Shown: positions 1 to 9,614, numbered from the stretch's first letter. The stretch: 64,000 nucleotides of DNA from Candidatus Micrarchaeota archaeon (GCA_021814005.1 JAKAJC010000004.1:230-64229), one strand, 5' to 3'. Numbers and translations: made by a program. The notes: generated by a model from the letters alone, not told the origin.

Positions 1-49
1 CCTGAGCAAGTAATTTTTCAAGCAGGCAAGGGATTTTTCAAGCAGGCAG

Positions 50-3000
50 CTATTCTTCGCCGAATCTCATTTTGAATCCCTTGCGCGCGGTTTCGAGCGT
101 GAGCGGCACCGTAACTATCCCGCTGGTCGCGGTCACACTGACCTCATATTCCTTTTCAGCCACAATCAGGCTCCTGAATTTCGGCTTGTTCTTATCCAGC
201 GTCTTTGTGTCAAGCTGCCCCAATTTTCCGTACATTTCGGTCGTAGCGTTAAGTATCACGCTATGCTCCCCCTTGTGCTCGTGGATTTCAACGTTGAGCT
301 TGGTCAGAAGGTCGTCCACCGTAACCAGCGCATTCTGGCTTGCGGGGTCTTTCTTCTTTTCCAGCGTTGTCTTGATTTCAGCCAGAGCTGCCGCATAGCC
401 AACCATGGCTTTTTCTGCAGTGGTAAGCTCGAGCGAAAGCCCGCGGCTGACTCCGGCCTTTACTTCGGCGTCGGCCTTGGCCTTTTCCTTTGCCTTGGCC
501 GTTTCCTCTGCCTCGCCAAGCTTGACCTTGCCCATCTTCTCGACGCCCTGGGTCAGCTTCTGCTCGATTCTCACGGTGAGCTTGTTCATGCGCTCCAGTG
601 AACTCTTGAGCGTCTTCTCCTCGGCCGGGCTCAGCTTCTGCCCGCTCGCGGCCTTGCCCTCCAACTGGGCAACAGTCTGCTGCTCCTTGGCGAACCGGTG
701 CACCAAATCTCGTCCTTCGGCGTCTCCGGCAAGTTTTCTTAGCGCCTGCTTGGTGTCCCTTACAACTGCATCCTCGCCCGGCGCCGGCCTGCTCAGGTCT
801 TTGGCATATTGCTCGTAATTCTCGAACCTCTTCTCCAGCAAATGCGCCCGTTTGCTGATGATTTTGTGGGTGACTATGAAAGTGCCGATAAACGCCAGCG
901 CGGCCATCTCCTGCGCGTTGAACTTGCCCTCCCTGACCAGCTCACTTACGAATTCAGTCGATTTCACTCCAAACAGCGCCTCGAGCATCTTGGTCGACAG
1001 CTGTTCGCTCACTTCCATAATCTCGTTTGTTGCCCCGACAACCTTGGCGCCGAATTTGGCATTGCTTGTGACGAGGTCAACTCCGGCCTGCTGGTATCCT
1101 GCCGCCTCAAGACTTGCCTGCTCGAAAAATGCACCGGCCTTGGTGCCGTTCAGGGCGCGGCCCATCATTTTCACCACGCTCGGCCCGCAGGCGCCTATGA
1201 TGGCGAGCGATATGCCGCCCTCCAGCAAAATTGAACCGGCGTTGCTTTGGGTGACTCCCTGCTTCTGCACCTCTTCATACAAGTTATACATTGTGTGGCC
1301 TGCGTCATATACGAAATAGACTGCCGCAATCGGCGCAACGACCGGAGCGGTGACCGGAACAATGGAGCCAATCATCAGCCCGCCCTGCAAAATAAGCGTG
1401 CCCCAGTCGTTCATGAACTGGCTGAACTCTATGCTCCCCTTGTGGTGCAGCGACTTGCCGGCCTCCCACTGTTTCTTGAGGTCTGTGCTGATTTCCTTCA
1501 CAGCCTCCTGATTTGCCTCGTGCTTGAGCGAGTATCTGATGCGGGCCAAATCGGCCGGGCTGGTCTCGGCCATCCTCTCCCTGCCGCCCGGGTAATAGTT
1601 GCCGTCCTTGTCACGGTGGCCGGTTGCTCCGTACCTCCCGTTAAAGTAGTCCTCGACGCTCTTGGCCTCTATCTTGAATCCTTGGGGGTGCGTCTTCTCA
1701 ACATAAACGCGGTATTTGCCGGTGCCGCTTCCCTCCTGCGGCACTAGAGTACCGTTCCCGTAATGGGCGTCCACCATGGCAGATGTGGCGTTCTCCAGCG
1801 TGGTGAATGCGTAGAACTGCCTTGTTCCTGTTTGGACATCAACATAATCGTCCATCATTTTGCGCCTTTGCATAATGCTCTCGGTGTTCTGTCCGAGCGG
1901 CGCCGGCTGGTCTTTCCACTCAATGGAGAAGCTGGTCATGTTGCTGGCGACTTTTTGCAGGCTCTTGCTCCGCTTGTCCTCTGCCCTGCTCAGCTCGTCC
2001 CAGAATTCCGGAGTTGCCTTGAGCCTGTCGATTGTCGCGCCTTTCAAATCCCCGTTGAAAATTCCGGGCGAGATGATGTCCATGACCGTGCTTGTAACCT
2101 GATTTACCTGCGCGCCTGTCGGGTTTTGCGCAAGCGTTGAGAGTGAAAGCCGCAGAGCCTGCAGTTTCATCCGCATGCCGCCTATCGAGCCTTCGGCCTC
2201 CTCGGCCAACTCAAGGCCCTCGCCGAAAAACATCCTGCGCTCGCGGTCTGTGTATTTGCGCAAAACGGCCGCCACGCCGTTCTCGTCAAATCCGCCGCCG
2301 GCCTTCTTGCTTTTGAGTTGCGCCTCAAGATATTCGATGTCTTTTTCCATCTGCGGAACAAGCTCTGCTCCAAGAGAAACAAGCGACTGCTGGAGCTGGC
2401 CGGCTGTTGATGGCGCAACCACTTTTGTCAAATCAACCTCTATGGGCCGCAGCAGCACTTCTGCGCCGCCCAAAATGTCCCTCTCCATGCTTCCAATCAA
2501 AAAGTCTGCCGGCAGCACTCCGTTGTTTTCCACGCAGGCCTCCAACGCTCTAATCGTAAGTTCAAGCGCCTCCGGAGTTTTGCCGCAATATTTCTGGACT
2601 ATGTCGGGATTGTATTTGTATTCTTCAACCAGCTTCTTGAGTTTGGTGATGCCAACCTCGAAATCCCCGTTGCCGATGGCTGCTTTTGCCACCTTCCAGT
2701 TGTTCGCCACCTCGTCGCTTATGCGGATGTAAGACTCCTCGAATATCTCCCGCTCGTCCTGGCTTTTGGCCTTGTTGAATTTTGCCCTGACACTGGTGCG
2801 GCCCTCCTTGATGCCTTCCTGTATTCTGATGTTCTCGTCCGTCTGCCGCTGCACAACCCCTTTCGGGCCGGTGTAATCGCTGGGCATGACATAAGGCATG
2901 GGGGCAATACCGCTGCCGGGCTTGTTCATTTCCTCGTGATTGTAATCCATCTGGCCTTTGAGGTCCTGCCTTAGCTTCTCAAGCAGGCCTTCCTGCCCTT

Positions 3001-4177
3001 TTGCTTTTTCATTGTCAACAAGTTGCGCCATTTTCGCAAGAGTTTCGATTTTGACAGCCACATTGAGGTCCGGGCTCATCACAATGTAATCCGCCTGTCC
3101 CGCAATGCTCTGGTCAATGGCATTGCGCTGTGTCTGGCCTTTGGTTTTTTCGTGCAAATCAAGAAGCGACTGCACCTTGTCAACGGAATTCTGCTCGGTA
3201 TTGACAATTGCGTCAATTTTTTTCTGAAATGCTGAACTGACCGGTTTGCCGGCCTTTTTCTCGCCTGTTTGCTTTTGTTTTTCCGCAATCTCGCGCACCA
3301 CTACTGCGCCGCCCTCGTTCGAGGCGAGCAAATTGTCAATTTCGTAATTATGCAAAATTCCTTTTTCGTCCTTGAGTGAAAACTTTCCTTTTTCATAATC
3401 ATCCATTGCAATCTGCACAAGCTGCCCGTTCGGCAAAGTTACCTGCGTTTTTTCATTTTCCCGCCTCATCTGCTCATACTGCTCGGGCGTGAGTCCGGCG
3501 TCCTCCTGCTGTTGCACGACTTTGCCCTGCTGCTGCACTATCTGGGCCGTTTCATGCAGGCTTTCGGCCTGCTGCGTTGTTTGCGCCAGAGGCATCTGTC
3601 CGGCGCCGGCCGGCACAATGCTCCCGTTCTCGCGAACCACCAGTTCGTATTTCTCGTACTCCGGGCCATTGACCTGATCCAAGACTGCCAGTATGTACTG
3701 TTTTGCATTTTCCTCGGTCAAGCCGAGGCCGATGACCGTGCTTGCAAGATGCGTGATGCTTTCCGGACCCTCTTGCCGGATTTTCTTGACCGCTTCTGTA
3801 AGGTCCATTCTCGTGCCGGCCGGCAGCGAAACAGGGGTGGAATTATCCATGGTCGCAATCATCGGGCTGTGCGCCGGCGCAGAAAGCGTGAGCTGGTTGC
3901 CGACAATCTGAAAAGCGTCTTTATTCATGTTGAGCGATTTGGCAGCGATGTCGATAATCTGCTCTTTTGGCAGGTTGATGAGGCTGATATCAATTGCCGC
4001 CATTATCGGCGCGCCTGTCGGATGCATGGATTCAAGATGCAGGATGGCCTGCCGGTTGTAATTTACCACCAAATCGCGCAGGCCGCATGAAAGCTTGTAG
4101 ATGTTTTCGCTCAGCTTCTGCACTGCGTCATCCGGCTTGGGGGCATATACCCCTCCCGTCAAGTCGAAAACAAACAT
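50..4177 (-). CDS. Giant hypothetical protein (1375 aa). Mostly hydrophilic with coiled-coil-like Lys/Glu/Gln-rich stretches and about three central transmembrane helices.
   Basis: Long uninterrupted ORF on the same strand, immediately downstream of rpoP. The AT-rich upstream region at 4180-4282 has a TATA-like 'aaaatattttta'. Central hydrophobic segments include WGTLILQGGLMIGSIVPVTAPVVAPIAAVYFVY, GSILLEGGISLAIIGACGPSVV and MAALAFIGTFIVTHKII. I recognise no family. Confidence 0.6.
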   Translation of the reverse strand: MFVFDLTGGVYAPKPDDAVQKLSENIYKLSCGLRDLVVNYNRQAILHLESMHPTGAPIMAAIDISLINLPKEQIIDIAAKSLNMNKDAFQIVGNQLTLSAPAHSPMIATMDNSTPVSLPAGTRMDLTEAVKKIRQEGPESITHLASTVIGLGLTEENAKQYILAVLDQVNGPEYEKYELVVRENGSIVPAGAGQMPLAQTTQQAESLHETAQIVQQQGKVVQQQEDAGLTPEQYEQMRRENEKTQVTLPNGQLVQIAMDDYEKGKFSLKDEKGILHNYEIDNLLASNEGGAVVVREIAEKQKQTGEKKAGKPVSSAFQKKIDAIVNTEQNSVDKVQSLLDLHEKTKGQTQRNAIDQSIAGQADYIVMSPDLNVAVKIETLAKMAQLVDNEKAKGQEGLLEKLRQDLKGQMDYNHEEMNKPGSGIAPMPYVMPSDYTGPKGVVQRQTDENIRIQEGIKEGRTSVRAKFNKAKSQDEREIFEESYIRISDEVANNWKVAKAAIGNGDFEVGITKLKKLVEEYKYNPDIVQKYCGKTPEALELTIRALEACVENNGVLPADFLIGSMERDILGGAEVLLRPIEVDLTKVVAPSTAGQLQQSLVSLGAELVPQMEKDIEYLEAQLKSKKAGGGFDENGVAAVLRKYTDRERRMFFGEGLELAEEAEGSIGGMRMKLQALRLSLSTLAQNPTGAQVNQVTSTVMDIISPGIFNGDLKGATIDRLKATPEFWDELSRAEDKRSKSLQKVASNMTSFSIEWKDQPAPLGQNTESIMQRRKMMDDYVDVQTGTRQFYAFTTLENATSAMVDAHYGNGTLVPQEGSGTGKYRVYVEKTHPQGFKIEAKSVEDYFNGRYGATGHRDKDGNYYPGGRERMAETSPADLARIRYSLKHEANQEAVKEISTDLKKQWEAGKSLHHKGSIEFSQFMNDWGTLILQGGLMIGSIVPVTAPVVAPIAAVYFVYDAGHTMYNLYEEVQKQGVTQSNAGSILLEGGISLAIIGACGPSVVKMMGRALNGTKAGAFFEQASLEAAGYQQAGVDLVTSNAKFGAKVVGATNEIMEVSEQLSTKMLEALFGVKSTEFVSELVREGKFNAQEMAALAFIGTFIVTHKIISKRAHLLEKRFENYEQYAKDLSRPAPGEDAVVRDTKQALRKLAGDAEGRDLVHRFAKEQQTVAQLEGKAASGQKLSPAEEKTLKSSLERMNKLTVRIEQKLTQGVEKMGKVKLGEAEETAKAKEKAKADAEVKAGVSRGLSLELTTAEKAMVGYAAALAEIKTTLEKKKDPASQNALVTVDDLLTKLNVEIHEHKGEHSVILNATTEMYGKLGQLDTKTLDKNKPKFRSLIVAEKEYEVSVTATSGIVTVPLTLETARKGFKMRFGEE

Positions 4178-4282
4178 GGCGGATGGACTCTCGCGAGCTT
4201 AATAAAACTGACTAGCCGGACAAAACTGACGATAAGAAGAACTTTTTGAAAAAGAGAATTTTTGGAAAAATAAAAATATTTT

Positions 4283-4414
4283 CTAATCTGTGCCGACTTC
4301 TTTGGCTATGGGCTGGCGCGCCTTGTAGAGCACCCTCCAGCCGCAGTGGGGGCAGCGGGTGAACTTGGCGTCAATTGCCTTGACGTCTTTTTTGCATTTT
4401 GCACAGCGGTACAT
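4283..4414 (-). CDS. rpoP: DNA-directed RNA polymerase subunit P (RpoP/Rpo12, Rpb12-like zinc ribbon), 43 aa. This ORF is not in the ORF track because it is under 60 aa.
   Basis: My translation of the minus strand gives MYRCAKCKKDVKAIDAKFTRCPHCGWRVLYKARQPIAKEVGTD. This is a CxxC...CxxC zinc ribbon of the right length, sitting directly downstream of L37ae as in the conserved archaeal superoperon. A GGGGT SD-like element lies about 8 nt upstream. Confidence 0.75.
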   Translation of the reverse strand: MYRCAKCKKDVKAIDAKFTRCPHCGWRVLYKARQPIAKEVGTD

Positions 4415-4438
4415 AGAGATACCCCTAATTTACCGATT

Positions 4439-4705
4439 CTAGGCGTTCTTCGCCTTTGCTTCCTTTTCGCGGCGGTCGAAGTCTGCCGTCAGGCGGCTGG
4501 CCACCTCTCCTGCCGGAGTGGTGAGCGCATATGTCGCACCCGCGAACTCCTTGCCGCAGGCGCGGCATTCCCACAAAGCGTTGCTCACGCGGTGAACCTG
4601 CACCTTGGAGCAGCGCGGGCAGGGGTATGCGGCGCGCCTTGTCTGCGCTGTCGCCGAGGCGCGTTTGCGCAATTCCATGCCGTATCGAACATTGAAGTCT
4701 GCCAT
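4439..4705 (-). CDS. rpl37ae: 50S ribosomal protein L37ae (eL43)
   Basis: The RYG...LRKR N-terminus and a C4 zinc finger (CPRC...CRAC) are present. Its position between Rrp42 and RpoP matches the superoperon. Confidence 0.85.
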   Translation of the reverse strand: MADFNVRYGMELRKRASATAQTRRAAYPCPRCSKVQVHRVSNALWECRACGKEFAGATYALTTPAGEVASRLTADFDRREKEAKAKNA

Positions 4706-4735
4706 TTGAGAATCACCATTAGTTCATTTCATCAA

Positions 4736-5524
4736 TTATTGCTGTATCAAGCGCCTAAGCTCGGCGCCTTTCTTAAAGGATATATCCACGAACTCCATTA
4801 TATCCTTTTGGGTGACCCCCTTCCAGCCCGTTTTCTGGGCCGCGCACACGAAATCGGGGGTGGTGGCGAGCGTGAAGCGCCCGTCCAGCCCCTTCTCCTC
4901 GTCAAGCGTGGGGTCGAGCAAATATGTGTTGCCCGCCATGCCGAATGTGCAGCTGACAGGCAGGCACGAAATGGGCAGATTGCCCTCGTACTCGCCGCGA
5001 ACAAGCTTCTCGCCCTCCATCTTGGGCATGCGCGTATTCGCAAGCGCGGCTACGGCCGCAAGCATGGCGGCGTCGAAAAGGTTGCCGTCGTGGTCCATAA
5101 TCCACAAATCCACGTAGACCGCCTTGACTTTTGTCACGCCCTCCACTTTGAGCGAAGACAAATCAATCATGTTGGCCGAGCGGATGCCGCGGTCAACCAC
5201 GCGGGCAAGCTCGATTGCCTCCACGCGGGGCGGGCCGGGCTCGAAAAGATGGCTGCCCAAAGGCGAGAATTCTGCGCCTGTGGAGAGCACGCCCTCTTCG
5301 GGGCGGTCTGGGAACGGGGTGGCCAAATCAATTTTCACGCCGGCCAGCACCTGAGTGCGGCCCAAATGGCACACTGCCGACCCTTCTGCATTTTGCAGCG
5401 GGTTTCTCTGCAGGCTGATGGAGCGGTATGTGAGCATGTCACGTCCGTCCTCGCGCTTGCCCGAGGCGAGCATCGAAAGCAGCTGGCTGTGCTTGAGTTC
5501 TTCCTGTACTTCCATGAACATCAC
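4736..5524 (-). CDS. rrp42: Exosome complex component Rrp42 (RNase PH-like, inactive subunit)
   Basis: RNase PH fold sequence, 262 aa, immediately downstream of Rrp41 in the conserved order. Confidence 0.85.
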   Translation of the reverse strand: MMFMEVQEELKHSQLLSMLASGKREDGRDMLTYRSISLQRNPLQNAEGSAVCHLGRTQVLAGVKIDLATPFPDRPEEGVLSTGAEFSPLGSHLFEPGPPRVEAIELARVVDRGIRSANMIDLSSLKVEGVTKVKAVYVDLWIMDHDGNLFDAAMLAAVAALANTRMPKMEGEKLVRGEYEGNLPISCLPVSCTFGMAGNTYLLDPTLDEEKGLDGRFTLATTPDFVCAAQKTGWKGVTQKDIMEFVDISFKKGAELRRLIQQ

Positions 5525-5525
5525 C

Positions 5526-6314
5526 TTATTGCCTGATTTCGCCGGGCGTGAGGTAGAGCGGCACGCTCACCTCGCCTCCGCGCTCATAGACGCGGCGCAG
5601 GGCCGCCGTCTGAATGGCATGCACTTTCTTCGAGGCCGCCATGCCCATTGTCATGGCCTGGTCAAGCTCCTCGCGTGTGAGCTGGCCGTCCATCTGGTAG
5701 AGCAAAACCTCGCCGTTGCGGCTTGCAAATGCGACGGGGTTGTCGGAGTCGCCCCAGTTGTCCTCCTCTTTGGACAGGTCGAGGGCGAGGTGGCCTTCCA
5801 CCTTGCCGACCGCAACTGCGGACACCATGTCTTTCATGGGAATGCCTGCGTCGGCCAGAGCAACTGCGGCCGCCGTTACTGCGGCGCAGCGCGTGCCGCC
5901 GTCAGACTGCAGCACGTCGATGAAAACATCAATGGCGCTCTTTGGGTAGGATTCGGCAATAACAACATTTTCGAAAGCCTCGGAAATTACCTTGGACAAC
6001 TCCTGGCTGCGGCGCGACGGGCCGGACCTTCCGTGCTCCTCAAGAGAGCAGAATGGAGCCATGTTGTAGCGGCACCGAATCACGGCGCGGTACGGGCTCT
6101 CGTCATGGCGGGGAATGCATTCGCGCGGGCCGAATACGCCTGCGAGAATTTTGTTCTTGCCCCAAATTACCAGCGCCGAGCCTGCGGCGTCGTTGAGCAC
6201 GCGGGCCTCTATGGAAAGAGGGCGCAGTTCGTCGAACGCGCGCCCGTCAAGGCGTTTGCCGTCCTCGCGAAGAAGAGGCGGTTTGCTTTTGGATGCACCA
6301 GTCATCATAGTCAC
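5526..6314 (-). CDS. rrp41: Exosome complex exonuclease Rrp41 (RNase PH)
   Basis: RNase PH-like sequence (GRxxDELR..., DGGTR motif region). It lies 2 nt from Rrp42 and downstream of Rrp4. Confidence 0.85.
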   Translation of the reverse strand: MTMMTGASKSKPPLLREDGKRLDGRAFDELRPLSIEARVLNDAAGSALVIWGKNKILAGVFGPRECIPRHDESPYRAVIRCRYNMAPFCSLEEHGRSGPSRRSQELSKVISEAFENVVIAESYPKSAIDVFIDVLQSDGGTRCAAVTAAAVALADAGIPMKDMVSAVAVGKVEGHLALDLSKEEDNWGDSDNPVAFASRNGEVLLYQMDGQLTREELDQAMTMGMAASKKVHAIQTAALRRVYERGGEVSVPLYLTPGEIRQ

Positions 6315-6353
6315 CTTTTACAAAAATTATCTAATTTCATCAGAATAATTCAA

Positions 6354-7082
6354 TCAAACTTGGGGCTGATTCGGATTCTGCGGCGCTCTTGCCGAGCGGG
6401 GCGAATAATCTGAATCAGCCGCCTCGTCTCCCTGTCCGCCCGATGAGTGCACCGGAGCTGCCGGCGCTTTGGGCATTGCTTTGCCGCCCTTCTCCCTCAA
6501 GAGCGCGGCCACGCGGTCTGTCAATCCAGTGGTGTGGGCCTGCGCCTCCACCATGCGAATCGCCTCGACCGCCAACGCATGATTGCCGCCGAATGAAACA
6601 AACACATAGCCGTTGCGCCCGACTATCACCTGACAGCCGGTCATCTGCGCGATTGTGTTAATCATGGAATTCCGCTTGCCGATAAGGCGCGGCACCTTGA
6701 CTGGGGAAATGCGCTCAAGCCAGCCGCCCTCCAATGGGCGCGCGTCGGCCAAATCAATCGACTTCACTTCGTCGACGTTGATTACCCTTGCCTGCACCAT
6801 GCTGCCGAGGCGGAAAGTGGCCCTCGAATCTCGGCTGGACAAAAAGCCGGAGAACGGCTCGCCCAGCTCGACATTGTAGCCTGTGAAGCGGATGTCTGTG
6901 ACATAACCGACCACAATATCCTCGACAAGGGGCTCGTAAGGCCCTTCAAGGGGCACAAGGTGGCCGTCATCGCTCAAAAGGCTGAGCGCGGTCGCATATG
7001 TCTTGTGGCCGTCTGAAAAAGTGTAGGCCATGCGCTGGGGCTGGTCTGAAACGACTTCGCCTGGAACGACGATTTTGGACAT
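6354..7082 (-). CDS. rrp4: Exosome complex RNA-binding protein Rrp4 (S1 + KH domains)
   Basis: S1/KH-type sequence. I chose the start at the ATG (MSKIVVPGE...) preceded by a strong AGGAGGG SD, rather than the TTG at 7112 used by the track. Confidence 0.8.
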   Translation of the reverse strand: MSKIVVPGEVVSDQPQRMAYTFSDGHKTYATALSLLSDDGHLVPLEGPYEPLVEDIVVGYVTDIRFTGYNVELGEPFSGFLSSRDSRATFRLGSMVQARVINVDEVKSIDLADARPLEGGWLERISPVKVPRLIGKRNSMINTIAQMTGCQVIVGRNGYVFVSFGGNHALAVEAIRMVEAQAHTTGLTDRVAALLREKGGKAMPKAPAAPVHSSGGQGDEAADSDYSPRSARAPQNPNQPQV

Positions 7083-7258
7083 AAGAATATCCCTCCTAAA
7101 TGCTTGGCCCAAACAGGGGCCATGGAACTACTAATCAGGTTCCGTTTTTGTTTCGAGTGTACGAGAGATAGTGGGGGCCCTATCTATAATAATATATATG
7201 GTTGGGCGGGCCCGCGAAAGCAGCCGGTTTGGCTCAAGCGGCCGGTTTGGCCAAATAT

Positions 7259-7969
7259 CTATTTTCCGGCATCCAGCATCTTGGTCTGGTTGTCGCCCGA
7301 TGTGGCCTTGTTCAGTTTGTCCAAAAATTCTCCAACCATGCCGGCCGGAATGGTGATGACGCCCATCAGACTTCCGTCCGAGCCCCATTCCTCGCGCTCC
7401 ATGTGCTGGCTTTTGAGCAAACCGAATGCGCGGTGCGCGTGAATTGCAGGAACCTTGATTGCAATGCGCTTTTTCTCCATCTTGATAGGCAGCTCAAGGC
7501 GCAATGCGGAAATGACTTTGTCCATTTGCGCGGCCGCATCCTGCATGGGGTCGATGTCAAGGCGCACCTTGTCCATGGACGCCTCTATGCGTGCAAGAGG
7601 ATGGGGCGCGCCCGTGCGCGGGTCTGTCGCCTCGCGCGCAATGAGCTGTGCAATCTGCTTTCTTTTCTGCTCCATCATCTTGTGCTTCTGGTCGGTGGTG
7701 AGGGCCAGCTCGCCGTCCTTGAGAATTTTCTCGGCAATAACGAAAACGTCCTGAGTGTGAAACGCTTTCTGCAATTCAGCCGCCTTGGCCCGCTCAGATG
7801 CCTTGGCGTCTGTGAAAATTTCCTCTACAACAAGAACATTGTTCAATTCTTTTTTCTGGCCCAAGCGATAGGCAAGTCCTGCGTCGGGGTCAACGTAGAT
7901 TTCGAACAGCTTGCCCTCTATCTTCATGTGCGCGATGATTGCCTTGTCAAGTGAAACCATGTTTATCAC
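7259..7969 (-). CDS. sdo1: SBDS/Sdo1 family ribosome maturation protein
   Basis: MVSLDKAIIA...FEIYVDPD N-terminus is typical of Shwachman-Bodian-Diamond proteins. Its position between the proteasome alpha subunit and Rrp4 is conserved in archaea. Confidence 0.85.
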   Translation of the reverse strand: MINMVSLDKAIIAHMKIEGKLFEIYVDPDAGLAYRLGQKKELNNVLVVEEIFTDAKASERAKAAELQKAFHTQDVFVIAEKILKDGELALTTDQKHKMMEQKRKQIAQLIAREATDPRTGAPHPLARIEASMDKVRLDIDPMQDAAAQMDKVISALRLELPIKMEKKRIAIKVPAIHAHRAFGLLKSQHMEREEWGSDGSLMGVITIPAGMVGEFLDKLNKATSGDNQTKMLDAGK

Positions 7970-8745
7970 GACACAATCGAATTTTCGCCGGCATCAACCA
8001 CGTTCGTGGTCGGCAGCACGAATTCATCGTCCCAATAAACCGGGGCCACATATACAATCGCTTCCTGCACGATGCCGTTCCCTCTGTCGAATGACAGCAG
8101 GGCCCCGTCTTTGGGGTTATAGCAGTAGGTGCCTGAATTGACCGTGAATTTTGTCTCAAAGCATTCGGTCTGGATTGTGCCCCATTTTTTGGATTCCACT
8201 TTCTGCACGCGAGTCATCGTCCGGTTTTTCAGTTCGCCCAGCAGTCCGTTGTCCGGGCTGTAGAGCACAGACCGCGGCTTGGACTGGTTGTAGCACACCC
8301 ATTCCCCCTCGCGCGCGCCGGCCGAGGTTGTCCCGCTGTCATCGCAAAGATAGTAAGCCGGCCCGTTGAGGGCGTAATAGCGGAAGGTGCCGTCGCTGGC
8401 GCGCCATTGGCTTTTTCCGTCGTATGAACGGTTGACGTATCCCATAACCTCTGTGCCGTTCCAAATGATTTTGTATTCGGCATGCCACGAATGATTGGTC
8501 TCCAGTTCAAGAAGGCGCATCATCTCGTTTCTCGCGTCGCCTGCCGCCGCGGGTGCGGGAGTTCCATTTTGCGGAAGAGCCGCGCCGGCCGAGTTGTTAG
8601 GTTTCACCGCGCCGACCGTATTTTTGTCTTCAACCGGGCCCGAGCCGCCCGCCGCAGGCTGCTGATTTTGCGCCTGGGTGCAGCCGATGAAAATAAAACC
8701 GACGAAAATAAGAGAAATTAAAAAAAGAAATTTCAGCATGTTCAA
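7966..8745 (-). CDS. Secreted lipoprotein-like hypothetical protein (259 aa)
   Basis: The N-terminal signal peptide has a lipobox-like FIGC. It is followed by a Gly/Pro/Ala-rich linker and then a Cys-containing domain with several N-x-S/T sequons. The 5' end uses AT-rich codons. The gene is inserted between psmA and SBDS. Confidence 0.6.
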   Translation of the reverse strand: MNMLKFLFLISLIFVGFIFIGCTQAQNQQPAAGGSGPVEDKNTVGAVKPNNSAGAALPQNGTPAPAAAGDARNEMMRLLELETNHSWHAEYKIIWNGTEVMGYVNRSYDGKSQWRASDGTFRYYALNGPAYYLCDDSGTTSAGAREGEWVCYNQSKPRSVLYSPDNGLLGELKNRTMTRVQKVESKKWGTIQTECFETKFTVNSGTYCYNPKDGALLSFDRGNGIVQEAIVYVAPVYWDDEFVLPTTNVVDAGENSIVS

Positions 8746-8753
8746 TCACTCAC

Positions 8754-9464
8754 TCAAGCCTTGAGGTGCTTCTCAATCTCCTTTGTCGAGAGCACTTCAA
8801 ACACCTTGGTCTTGCTCGGGCAGATGGCGATTTCGACGTTCTGCGCCTCCAGCTTCAAATCGCCGGATTTGCGCAGCGCCTTGAGAGCGAGCGAGATGCC
8901 GGCGTCGAGGGTGAGGGATTCCTTGTATTCTTTTTCAAAGAACTCCTCAACCTCTTTGCGGCCCGAGCCGATGGCGCAGGCCTTGTAGCCTGTGAGAGCG
9001 CCCGAGGGTTCTGCCTCGTAGAGGCGCGGCTTGTCGTCAACGCCTGCCACAAGCAGTGTAACCCCGAAGGGTCTTACGCCGCCGTATTGAGTATATACCT
9101 GCATCAAATCGCACATCTCTTTTGCCATTGCCTCCAGACTCATGCTTTCGGCATAGGCCATGCGGTGGCGCTGCGCCTCGAGGCGCGCGATGTCCACCAA
9201 ACGGCGCGCGTCGGCAATCAGGCCGGACGCGGTGGTTGCGATGTGAGTGTCAATCTCAAACACCTTCTTCATCGACTCGGGCACAAGCAGGCCGGAGCCG
9301 GCGTTTTTGTAGGCAACAAGCGCCACTCCGTCGGCGCACACTATTCCGATTGCGGTTGCGCCGCGCCTCACCGCCTCTTTGGCGTATTCCACCTGAAACA
9401 GGCGGCCGTCTGGCGAGAAAACCGTGCTGGCGCGGTCATATGCTTGGGGCGATACGGGGTACAT
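8754..9464 (-). CDS. psmA: Proteasome subunit alpha
   Basis: YDRASTVFSPDGRLFQVEYAKEAV is a canonical alpha-subunit N-terminus. I took the start at the Met 8 residues before YDR. The track's 9488 start is an alternative. Confidence 0.9.
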   Translation of the reverse strand: MYPVSPQAYDRASTVFSPDGRLFQVEYAKEAVRRGATAIGIVCADGVALVAYKNAGSGLLVPESMKKVFEIDTHIATTASGLIADARRLVDIARLEAQRHRMAYAESMSLEAMAKEMCDLMQVYTQYGGVRPFGVTLLVAGVDDKPRLYEAEPSGALTGYKACAIGSGRKEVEEFFEKEYKESLTLDAGISLALKALRKSGDLKLEAQNVEIAICPSKTKVFEVLSTKEIEKHLKA

Positions 9465-9614
9465 GAAGACACCTCGAAGATAATGCACTGCATAACCGAA
9501 GAAGATTTATAATTGGGGCGCAGCGGCCCCAGACTTGCGCGGGCGAGAAGCTAATTCTGTTTTTGATTTTTTTGTTTTCCGGCCTTTGCCACCTCTTTTC
9601 GCATTCGACGGGAG

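Noticed and set aside
4346-5536. 396-aa plus-strand ORF, together with several 60-100-aa ORFs, antisense to Rrp42 and L37ae
   Set aside because: It lies opposite two well-supported conserved genes. Its composition is Arg/Ala/Gly/His-rich, which is typical of out-of-frame translation of GC-rich DNA. It has no motifs.
9465-9488. Alternative psmA start at 9488 (MHYLRGVFM...)
   Set aside because: Proteasome alpha subunits begin about 8 residues before the YDR motif. The Met at 9464 fits that and leaves a short leader after the TATA at about 9505-9513. A leaderless start at 9488 cannot be excluded.
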